A program made the position numbers and the translations under genes. Shown here in pieces: positions 52,933-63,320 of a DNA stretch of 64,000 bases (position 1 is its first letter; each line of letters begins with the position of its first letter). Under the pieces are notes generated by a model. It was not told the origin of the DNA. It made no database searches and saw only the letters and a list, made by a program, of their open reading frames with translations. The DNA lies in contig NC_083223.1 of assembly GCF_032191835.1 (NCBI RefSeq), positions 163,370,001 to 163,434,000 of the forward strand, given 5' to 3'. This DNA is from Heteronotia binoei (lineage: Eukaryota).

Positions 52933-53290
52933 CAGGGGTGGCCAAACTGTGGCTCGGGAGCCACATGTGGCTCTTTCACACACATTGTGTGGCTCTTGAA
53001 GTCCCTACCAGAGAAGGCATTTGTCTCTTTAAAACTACTTCAAGCCAAGCAAGCCAGTGACTTGGAGAATGCATTTAAAGTTCAAGTTGCTTTCTTTCCA
53101 CCTCTCCTTCCCTGCTCCCTCCCACCATCTATTTTCCTTCCTTCCTTCCTTCCTTCCTTCCTTCCTTCCTTCCTTCCTTCCTTCCTTCCTTCCTTCCTTC
53201 TCTCAGACATCTGACGTTTGTATCGCGTGGCTCTCACACATCTGACGTTTATTCTATGTGGCTCATGTTAAGCACGTTTGGCCACCCCTG
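52933..53290 (+). mobile_element. hAT (Charlie-like) MITE containing (TTCC)n
   Basis: TIRs caggggtggccaaac / gtttggccacccctg and an 8-bp TSD ctctagtg/ccctagtg. The microsatellite spans about 53133-53198. Confidence 0.88.
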
Positions 53291-53471
53291 CCCTAGTGGG
53301 TCCCATCTAACCCCCTCCCTAAAACTGCAGGAACACCTACAAGGAATTTTCCTCTGTGTGTTGTGCTTGGGGGCTGCATTGTGGTTGTGACCCCCCATGT
53401 CAGAATTCCAAAGGTGCCACGAGGTAAAAAAATGTTGGAGTGCCCTGTGTTCTCTCTGAAGGAGGCCCAGT

Positions 53472-53682
53472 TAGGGTTGCCAGGTTTGGGTTGGGAAATA
53501 CCTGGAGATTTGGGGGGAAGGAGTCTGAGTTTGGGGGAAGGAGGAGCTTCAATAAGATATGACTTCATAGAGTCCACCTTCCAAAGCAGCCATCTTCTTT
53601 AGGAAAACTGATCTCTCATTGCCTGGAGATTTGTTGCAATCCCAGGAGGTTTCCAGCCACCACAATGGGGTTGGCAACCCTG
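53472..53682 (+). mobile_element. Short TAGGGTTGCC-family MITE
   Basis: tagggttgcca...ttggcaaccctg. No TSD seen. Confidence 0.7.
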
Positions 53683-53816
53683 TTTTGTACCCATGCTCAG
53701 AAGGGTATAATGCCACAGGGCCTACCTTCCAAAGCAGATATTTTCTCCAGGCGAACTGACCTTCATCACCTGGAGATCAATTGTAAAAGCCAGCAACCTC
53801 CAGCTACCACCTGGAG

Positions 53817-54300
53817 CAGGGGTGGCCAAACCGTGGCTACAGATGGTTCTTTCACAACTATTGTGCGGCTCTCAAAGCCCCCACCACCCCATCGGCCAGC
53901 TTGGAGAAGGCATTTGTTTCTTTAAATCCCTCTCCAAACCAAGCCACGCAGAGCCCTCTCTGTGAGCACGTGCGTTTCCTCACCCCACCCCCGCATGAGA
54001 GGCTTGGCTCCCTTCTGTGGCCCCCCTGCCACCGCCCCCCACCTTCCCTCCCTCCTCGGAGCTGCAATGCAGCTGTGCTCCATGGCCCCCCACCTCTTCA
54101 AAGGCGTGCCGCGCCGCACCAAAGCTGGACCCTACCAGCTTCAATGCAGCTGCTGCGCCTTCTAACTCTTTGAAGCCGGAAGTGAGGGGGAGTGAGGCCT
54201 TCTCCCGTGTGGGCTTCAAAGAGTTAGAAGGCATGCCAGCCGCATCAAAGCTGGTAGGATCCAGCTTCAGCGCAGCATGACTCGGCGCATCTCTGAGGAG
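53817..54300 (+). mobile_element. hAT MITE relative with an internal 54-bp inverted repeat
   Basis: Starts caggggtggccaaac like the 52933 copy. Arms at 54124-54177 and 54212-54265. Confidence 0.65.
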
Positions 54301-54540
54301 GAAGGGGAGGGAGGGAAGGCAGGGGGGCTGCGGTCAACACCAGTTGCATTGAACTGAGCTTGGAAAGCAAATTGGAAGCCAGTGTGGAAGGAACAAGACT
54401 GGAGTGATAGCATCTTTAGGTCCCACACCAGTCTGCATTCTGTCTGCAGCATTCCGTACCATTGTAGCTTCCAGATACTCTTCAAGGGCAACCACAGTAG
54501 CAAGGTCTTCTGAATGCCCAGGAGGTCTCTCAACCATGTC

Positions 54541-54613
54541 CTAACCAGGGCTGACCCTGCTTAGCTTCCAAAATCTGATAAGACTGGGCAGCCTGGGCTA
54601 TCCAGGTCAGGGC
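54541..54613 (-). mobile_element. 5S rRNA-derived SINE head
   Basis: The reverse complement contains tcagattttggaagctaagcagggtcagccctggttag, matching 5S TCTGATCTCGGAAGCTAAGCAGGGTCGGGCCTGGTTAG. Confidence 0.8.
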
Positions 54614-55306
54614 ATGATACTTCTTTACTCCACCACTAATTCACTGGCATTTTTAACATATGGAATAGTCTGATGGTGAGTCACTGATCCATCAAGTACA
54701 AAATTCTCCACCATGACTGGCAGCAACTCTCCAAAGTCTTAAGCAGAGAAAGTTCTTTTCTAATACCTGCTACCTGACTTTTTTGTGTGTGTGTTTTTTA
54801 AAGGAGATACTAGGGACTGAAACTGCAGGCATTTCTGCAAATAAAGCCTATGCTCCGCCAACCAAATTATCCTCCCCCTCCTCAACTTTTTCTCCTAGTT
54901 TTCATCAAAAGATCAATGGAAGAAAATGTGAATGACGAACATCAGGAATCTGAGAAATAAATAAGGCCAAGTGAATAATCTTATTCATTGATAGATGCTT
55001 TAGATCAAAGTAATTGTGCCCTAGTGCTAAACAAATTCTAATTAGAAAACTCTTCATGATTCATAGACTTTTTAAAAGATTGAGAGCATTTCCTGTGCAC
55101 ATTTTGTGAGTTCAGCTGGTTTTCAAACATGCATTTTTCAATTTATTGCTTTGTTGCTGCAGCCTAGGATCTGCAATATATCCATATTAGGTATACCGTT
55201 CTCCAGTAGCTAACAGAATTGATTTATTTCCAGTTGATGGTTAGATGTAATACACTGGTGCTAGTGAAATCTCATTCAGTGGTGAATCAAGTCTACAGTT
55301 ACTTAC

Positions 55307-55619
55307 GTGCAGGCAGAAGCTTCATTGTGCATGTGAAGCTTCTACTCATGCAGAATCCTACTCATCACATCCCTTTGTATCATGGACATCCAACAGTTCC
55401 AGCATGGTGGTACCCTTGTGGAAGAACAGTCATGTGGATTGTGGGGGTTGGGGTGAGGAGAGACAAGGAGTGGAGATAGCCCCTTCTTTCTGTTCTGCAT
55501 GTGCAGCTCTGCTGAGGGAAGGGGGCAATGTCACATGCCTGTACCCAGTGGCCCTGAGGGCTATTCCTCTGCACAAATCTTGAAGTCTTGGAAGTGATCT
55601 TTCTGAGAGTCAGACAGAG
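55307..55619 (-). other. Candidate decayed exon (313 nt), weakly ADGRG1/GPR56-like
   Basis: Strong acceptor cttcccctccttcactgcag| and donor |gtaagt. The phase-1 start reads (A)LSDSQKDHFQDFKICAE, compared with GPR56 HREDFRFCSQRN. All frames contain stops. Confidence 0.35.
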
Positions 55620-56369
55620 CTGCAGTGAAGGAGGGGAAGTGGACAAAACATAAAAACCAGGTAAAAACTAACAACTGGAGCATCAAAAATGTATAAAATT
55701 GTAAGTCCCAGTCTAACACCTGCTTTATCAGACTCCAGATCTAGTGCCAAAAAGCTCTGAAAAAGTTAAGACAGGACAATAACATTCAGTAGATGTCAGA
55801 GGCAATATTCATTTTAAAAGAGACACAGTCCTGCATAATAAACTACTGAAATGAACCGTGGAAGAAGCACCATGGTGTTGTTGGGCAGTTCCCTGTCATT
55901 TTCATAGAGCATGTGCAGGAGAAGGTTCTGCCAGAGCATTTCCAAGAATACACATGTGGTGGGGGGGGAGCTGATGGAGACATTATGTCAGTGCCTGGTT
56001 TTTAATGAAAGTATCATTCTACATGCACAGATGTAATAGGGGCTTTTTTTTACGTATCAGAGTCTCAGTGTGGAACTTCAGTACCTGCTAACACTCCATT
56101 GTACCAATTAAATACAGTAATGTTGGATGATAATAAAATGATAATTATCTACTTAATTCTAATCTCACCGGAGATTTGAAACACAAGTGCAACACTTTGT
56201 GTTGAATCTTAGGGGACCATCATAATAGCCTTTGATGTTCTGCAAGATAAGCAACCACAGGAAATGATGGATCATTTTTTAAATTCTGCATTATCAGTGA
56301 ACTTTTATAAGTTCACCCTTCAAACTCCTTTTTCTGTTTATCATTGCTTGTTTTAACATTTAATTTATC

Positions 56370-56495
56370 AGCTACTAACTTGTATCTGATGAAGGGAGCT
56401 TTGACTTTTTAAAGCTTATACCCTGAAAATCTTGTTCTCTAAGACTCTATGGGACTCAAATATAGCTGTTCTACACCAGAGTGGTATAGCTACCC
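56370..56495 (+). mobile_element. Penelope-like terminal fragment
   Basis: ctgatgaagggagctttgac...aagcttataccctgaaaatcttgtt...gctaccctctgaaac. Confidence 0.55.
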
Positions 56496-56559
56496 TCTGA
56501 AACAATCTTGATTTTTTTAAAAAAAAATCTCTACAAAGACAGTTTAGCAGCAGTAAGAA

Positions 56560-56850
56560 AAAGATTGGTCACCCAAGTAGCATTTTTAAAGCAGACTGCA
56601 TAATAGCAGCACCAAACCAGTGCAGAAACAACTGAGTATAAAACAAAGAAAAACAAGATTTAGCATTATAAAAAGTACAAAGTTGGATCACTATAAAACC
56701 CCAGGAAAGACACAGGATCAGAGGAGGGCTCAAAGAAAGGCCTAGCCAAAAATATAACAGAATTAATGCCACCCAGATAGTTATGAGGAGAGTATTTAAA
56801 AACTGAGGTGCCGCAATAGAAAAGTCCCTGCTCCTTGTTGTCATCTGTCT
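56560..56850 (-). mobile_element. Old L2 3' fragment
   Basis: Minus strand RDFSIAAPQFLNTL and a degenerate L2 tail. Confidence 0.55.
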
Positions 56851-57739
56851 CATGTCAGCAGGGGCACATAGAGCAGGGACTCTTGAGAATTGTTGTGACA
56901 GAATTTATAATTTCAAGATATTTCCTTATATTAGTCTAATGTGCTAATTTAACAATCTCCCTTAAGGTCACATGTTCAGGTAGCCAATTCAACTAGTTGA
57001 GAGTGCTTGCATAAACCTGTTGATGTTGCTCCTTAAATTAAAACTGTTTGAACTATTCCTCATTCTTCTGGTCTTTATTCTGGAACCTAGAAACATTACA
57101 TTATATAGTGAGTTCAGCCAACTTGAGGTAAGCAAGAACGTTTATTGTACAAGAGCAGAACTGAATACAAACAGGCAACACCACTCCTTTGGCCTGAGTT
57201 AAACATGCCCCCTTATGTGGGCAGCAATCCACCCTATTGGTTTCTCCAGGATCTTTCATGTGCATTTCCTGAGAAAATGCCTTGTGTTCTGATTGACTGG
57301 TTTTAAAAGAACAGCCAATCAAAATGTAAGCATCAGGGTCTGGAGGGCAATGAAGTATGCTTCAAGGTCAACTAACAGACATAACAAACCAGTAGTCAAA
57401 ACAACCAATACACAACTAAGAACAACGGCAGGTTAATGGGCCGGTTAATGTGTTCAGTGGGCAGGTTAATGAGTTCAGTGACATTATTTCCAAGCAAGTG
57501 GATTTATAATACAAGAGCTCATTGCTAAGACCTCCTAGATAGGTGATCTAGCTATCTAAATATTTCACAAAAGTTATGGCTTCTCCTAAACTGTTCCTGT
57601 ACACTGCACCTGAGACCCAATATTTACCTCACAAGATTCAGTGATGAAGCAAATAATATGTGATGGAAACAGCTAATGACACTGGAAGTTATATGACTAA
57701 AACTGACACCCCTTCCTGGATCAGAAAATATCCATTCAA

Positions 57740-57965
57740 GCCCTGACCTGGATAGCCCAGGCAAGCCCAATCTCATCAGATCTTGGAAGCTAAGCAGGGC
57801 TGACTCTGGCAAGTACTTGAATGAGAGAACTCTAAAGAATACCAGGAGTCAGGACGCAGGGGCAGGCTGTATAAAGCCACTTCTCTGAACATCCTCCATG
57901 CCCCAGTAGGGCTTACTAGAAGTTGCCATGACTTCGAGGCTTGCACACACAGAAGAAGAAGAAGA
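57740..57965 (+). mobile_element. 5S rRNA-derived SINE (SINE3-type), apparently full length
   Basis: 5S-like region gcccaatctcatcagatcttggaagctaagcaggg...agtacttgaatgagagaactctaaagaatacc, then a non-5S body and a cacacaca(gaa)n tail. Confidence 0.82.
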
Positions 57966-58559
57966 CCACGACGATCTAATCCCAATTCAGACTTCCTGAT
58001 CTTGGACTGAGTGCACATATCTCTCATCTAACTTGTTAAGCTTTCCTTTGCATTGATAGGGCAAGTACAATAGCTCCAGAAGTTATAGATTTGAAACATT
58101 TTTGCAGTTCAGAAATTTATTGATTAGTTTAAAAATTATTATAGAAAAAGAGGATTTTTTCCCATTATGGGAATATTGCAGTTTCACCCAAACATGATCC
58201 AAACAATTCTGTCTTAAATGTTGCTTTACATTATAAAATGACAATTTTGTGACACAATTTGTAAATATTAATAGAATATTTAGCTTGCTTACAAACTAGA
58301 GATTAACATTTGTTTTTATTATAGAATATCCAAATAACCAGTATTTGCTAAATAAAAGTTTAATGACAGATCATTTTTATGTCACAAATTAGTATGTTTA
58401 ACTTAAAATATTTAATGGATTTCAAAAATCAGTTGTCACAGCATTACTAATATGTTGTTTCCAGTCACTCTGTAAGCTTAAAATAGATTTTTATCAGCAT
58501 TTTTGACACATTTTGAGAAATATTTTCATGACTAATGATGTGATGTCTGAAGGTGGATG

Positions 58560-58835
58560 TAGAAGATATTGAAGAAGATATTGGATTTATATCCTGCCCT
58601 ATACTTTGAATCTCAGAGCAGTCACAATCTCCTCTACCTCCCCCCACCCCCACAACAGACACCCTGTGAGGTAGGTGGGTCTGAGAGAGCTTTTTACAGC
58701 AGGTGCCCTTTCAAGGACAACTCCTGTGAAAGCAATGGTTGACCCAAGGCTATTCCAGCAGGTGCAAGTGGAGGAGTGGGGAATCAAACCTGGTTCTCCC
58801 AGATTAGAGTCTGCACACTTAATCACTACACCAGA
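58560..58835 (-). mobile_element. tRNA-derived SINE (same family as 37930-38205)
   Basis: Reverse-complement homology to the 37.9, 43.2 and 51.9-kb copies. Confidence 0.88.
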
Positions 58836-60873
58836 GAAGGACCACAGAAGACAAACTTGTATGAACAAGCAGATTTATAAAAGAGCAGGCAGATACTTGG
58901 GTCCCAAATGACACAGGACTTGATGAGCCAAAAACAGCATATTGAATCCCATCCTGTAATACACTGAAATGAAGTTTAACAAAAACTTATAATACCAGTA
59001 AATGCATTCAGATTGGCAAACCACAGCTGTCTGGTTGGCTGCTGTATGTCAAACCGGATAAAGTTTCTCAGTTTTCAAAAGTAGTCCCACATATAATGTA
59101 AGTGCAATAATGGTGCTGAATGGATAGCTGTATATCTCTGTCCAAGAGGGATTGGTGCTCATGCATCAGTTTAAGCTGGTAAAAGGCACACTGTGTCAAA
59201 TGGACATTGTTGAATATAAAATATTGTATCTCCAAGTGGGTAATATGATGCCCAGCAGAAAGTGCAACTCCATCCAGAACAAGCTGGACACTGCAGTTTG
59301 ATCAGTTGATGTATCCATTGAGCTTTGGTTGATTAACTCTCACTATATATTGATAAAATTTCACCCTAGAACTCCAGACAACCTCCCCCAGTGGTCTAAG
59401 TTCTAAGTTCCAGGTCCAAAAGCTTCTGTGGTATCAGCTACACAGACCACAGAAAATGACCTCTGTTAACAAGTCCACACAAGTTCTTTGGAGATATGTG
59501 GGACTACTAGGTGCCTGGGCTTATGGCCAGACAATGCTTACAAAGAGCCACAAACTAGTTCCTTTGTGATCAGACTTTCCATGCCATTACCCTTATTTGT
59601 GTTAATTGCAGCAACCCCTTTTGAGCCAAGCCACCACAGCAAATCACTGCATCCACACTAAGTATAGGCCTCCCATGAAGACACTGACTTACCCAAATAG
59701 TGACTCCATATTAATAGTGCCCAGGCCTATAGAAATCCTTCATAGTCCTCAGATGGTCATGTAGGGGCCACTGGTGAGAGTGGACTGAGCCTATAATGTA
59801 ATGACTATCTTATCCTTTTGGCAATGGATAAGATAAGCACTATCCATCTTAGGCACTATCCCTAAGCAGTTGACTAGAGGAAATTCTTTAGTGATGAGAG
59901 AGAACTCTGAGGTTCTAACTGAAACATACCTATAGTGTAAGAAAAGGGTATGTGGTAGCTATATTTTAAAAAAATGTAAATGTATTCTGATATAAACATT
60001 TCATACTAGGAGAAATTCATATGAGGCAACAGCCACTTACTTTGGAGCAGATGGTAAGGACTGAAAAATTATGAGCTGCATGTTCATAATTCATTCAGTG
60101 ATGAGCAATGGTGCTTTCTAATATAAAACTGGGGGGGGGGGATATGTAAAGTGTGTAATATATAAGAGCACCTTAGCTAAATGGGCCTGATACAAAAGAG
60201 AAATGAACACATATGGTTCGTGATTTATGTCCAAGATTTGTATCCTACCTTTCTACCATGAATCTTGATTAAGAAAGGGGGGGGGAGCACCATAGGTAAA
60301 CTGATTATTGTCTTTGGCATCAATACTAAATAGGTCTTACTCCCAGGAATGAATTGCAGCCTTTGTTTCTCAATTTTACCTGTCCTATCCTGTAGTTTAG
60401 TACTTATTCTCCATCTGAAAAGCAGAGTGCATTTAAGTATTTGGCATCTTTTCTCACTTTCCTAATTTCTAGACTGAAATTGTTTGCCATTTTCCTGAGT
60501 ACAATGTGACAATGTGTATGAGTAGCAGGCACTTCCTGCCATATTCAAAACTGTGAAATGTATTTGAAAATAGATTTTAATTAACATTAGCACTTGCATA
60601 ATTAGTGCTGGCAACAAGTTACTTGCTAACCTCAGCAGCATGGGAAACTGCAACTATTTTAATTGGCTCTGAAGCAGGGAAATAACGAGGTCCACACACA
60701 TTGCTGGTATGAAACGAATTTTACTTCTGGCACCATAAGCAGAACTTAGTCGGCCATAAGCCTCTAAAATGACTAAGTTAAAATTATTTCCCATACAGCG
60801 AGTTTTTATTCGCATCCAAAACAAGCAGGCCGGCCCCCCAGGCTTATCTGACTCAACATTCTCCACCCTCCTG

Positions 60874-61100
60874 TAACTTCTAGTATTTTTCCATACCTTC
60901 TGTCTCCACTAGGGATGTGCAAAAAAAAAAAAAACAATTCGGAAGTACACGGATTCAGAAGTATATGGGGGGGGGGATTCAGAATCCCATATATTTCTGA
61001 ATTCCCCCCCCCCCCGTATACTTCTGAATTCAGGTACTTCCGATTTTTTTTCTTCACATCCCTAATGGAGACAGGAGGTATGGAAAAATACTAGAAGTTA
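60874..61100. repeat. 227-bp fold-back palindrome
   Basis: taacttctagtatttttccataccttctgtctccactagggatgtg... pairs with ...cacatccctaatggagacaggaggtatggaaaaatactagaagtta, with few mismatches. Confidence 0.92.
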
Positions 61101-62017
61101 TTCCGTATATTTCTGAATCCCGTATATTTCTGAATTCCGTAGTCGGAATAGCCGCATATATGGTAGATGCGCGGCTATTTCCGAACATACAGCCCCATTA
61201 TACCCTATAGGCCATTGAAATCAATGGCAAATAGGGTATATTTGAAGCCGCCTGAAGGGGAGGGAGTTTGAGGGAGAGCCCCCAAATTTGCAGGGGACCT
61301 GCAGGGGACTCTCCCCTACAACTCCCCAAGTCTCAAAAAGATTGGGCCAGGGGGGCCCATTCCAGGGGCACCCAAAGAGGGTGCCCCTATTCCACCATTA
61401 TAGCCCATGGGCCATTGAAATCAATGGCAACATAGGGCATAATTAGAGGCTACTGGGGGGCAGGGGGTTTGAGGGAGAGCCCCTAAAACTGCAGGGAACC
61501 CGCAGGGGACTCTCCCCTACAAAACCCCCAAGTCCCAAAAAGATTGGGCCAGGGGGTCCCTGCCTTTGGGTTCCCCAAAAGGCCCATTGCCAACAATTAT
61601 GGGGAAAGCCCAATTAGCCACTTCCTCCCCTATAATTGCTGTGGGGAAAGTGGCTCTGGCCAGAGGGGAGTTTGAGGGAGAGGCCCCAAAACTGCAGGGC
61701 AGCTTCAGGGAACTCCCCAGCATGAAACCCCCCTGGTCCAAAAAGACTGCACCCATCTGTGGGCACCCCAAAATGAACACTGCTCCTAATGGTGAGAAAA
61801 AAACAATTAGAGCCACTTCCTCACTGTAATTGTCGTGGGAAAAGTGGCTCTGGAGAGCAGCAGGTTTTGAGGAGAGCCCCCCAAACTGCTGTGCAGCTTC
61901 AGGGCACTGTCCCACACAAAACCCACAAGGCCAAAAAAAAAATTGGACCAGGGGGTCCAATTCCTGGGGCACCCAAAGCCAAACCTAATTTCACACCAGA
62001 TAATCTCGATAGGACCC

Positions 62018-62832
62018 TGTGACGGAACCGGCCCGATTCTACCTTCAGACCCGGTCCCGTCAGCTCCCTATGGAGTCGCCAACTCCTGGAGGGAGCTATT
62101 TCTCCTCCTGCCCCTTGGGCTCGCTGCCACCACCTGCTCAGTCCCGGGGTTCAGATTGAGAGGAACAGGACTCCCAATCCCCCTCTCCAGCTGTGAGGCC
62201 AGGCCTCAAGGTCCTCGGCCACCCTGCACTTGGGTTTCACAGAGACCTCAGTGCTTCTTTGGGGCACCCCTGGAGGATTGGCACCTTATCCAACTGCATG
62301 CCTTCCCCCTTCCCTGGGGCCCCCTTCCTAAAAACAGCGTGGTCTAAAGCGGTCTGGGGATCTATGTGGTACAGAGATTGACTGCCAGCATTTAAACAGT
62401 AAAAATATATTTATTTAAAAAGAGAAACAGATAGGAAAAGAAAAACAAACCAAAAACAGTTGCATTTAAAAAATTAGCACAGCACAGCAAACAGCATGAC
62501 AAAGGAAAGGTGTTTATAAACGCTTTCTGCTGTCCCTGGTCTAAACTTGTCCTGTCTTGAGAATTACTTACTTGGTCTGCCTGCCTGGGCCCTCCCAGGC
62601 AGGAGCCTCCATGCTCACCACATGCTCGCTCGAGCCCCAGTTCCAATCTGGCTTCTCTTCCTGCCTAACACATGCAAGGAACTGCCTCTCTAGGAGATTT
62701 TCCCCCTAGCGTTGTTGGTTTGGCTCTGGAAGGGAGGGGGGGAGTGAGGGGAAGGCTACAAAGCCTGCTGAGGGATTTACTGATCCCTGCCAAATGAAGC
62801 ACCACCACTGACTAAAATGGCGTTTCTCCACA
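62018..62832 (-). mobile_element. Solo LTR (815 bp)
   Basis: TGTG...CACA termini and a perfect 5-bp TSD gaccc (62013-62017 and 62833-62837). aataaa lies on the minus strand near 62412. Confidence 0.85.
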
Positions 62833-62972
62833 GACCCAAATGCACTACATCCCTCTATCTACTCTATGAACCCTGCAGGCCTGGAACCAATATAAACTCA
62901 GTTGCCAATGTCACTGCCACACAAAACACAATCTGCTCAAGGTCTGCTCTGCAGACCTGGCTGCAGCAAACC

Positions 62973-63320
62973 CAGATGCCAGCTCTCCAGCCTGCCCCAA
63001 ACAACACGGGGAGAGTTGGCCAAGCACAACAAGCCTGCTGGTTCTGGGTCTCTCACCCAGGTGCCAGCTTCCCTGCCACAGAACACACAATCTACAGATG
63101 CCAGCTCTCCAGCCCTGCCCCAAACAACACGGGGAGAGCTGGCCAAGCACAACAAGCCTGCTGGTTCTGAGTCTCTCACCCAGGTGTCAGCTTCCCTGCC
63201 ACAGAACACACAATCTACAGATGCCAGCTCTCCATCCCTGCCCCAAACAGCATGGGGAGAGCTGGCCAAGCACAACAAGCTTGCTTGTTCTGGGTCTCTC
63301 ACCCAGGTGCCAGCTCCCCC
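62973..63320. repeat. Tandem repeat, 122-123-bp unit, about 2.8 copies
   Basis: The unit cagatgccagctctcc...acagaacacacaatcta starts at 62973, 63095 and 63218. Confidence 0.92.

Noticed and set aside
55307-55345. MSRSFTCTMKLLP resembling KMO MNKSFTCTLFMP
   Set aside because: A short match overlapping a small hairpin, at the wrong exon position, with no other KMO exons. Treated as chance.
57740-57870. Functional 5S rRNA gene
   Set aside because: Diverged, with a replaced 5' end and fused to a SINE body. Isolated copies rather than an array.
61190-63320. CRISPR-like array
   Set aside because: Eukaryotic DNA with long contiguous repeat units, no unique spacers and no cas genes.
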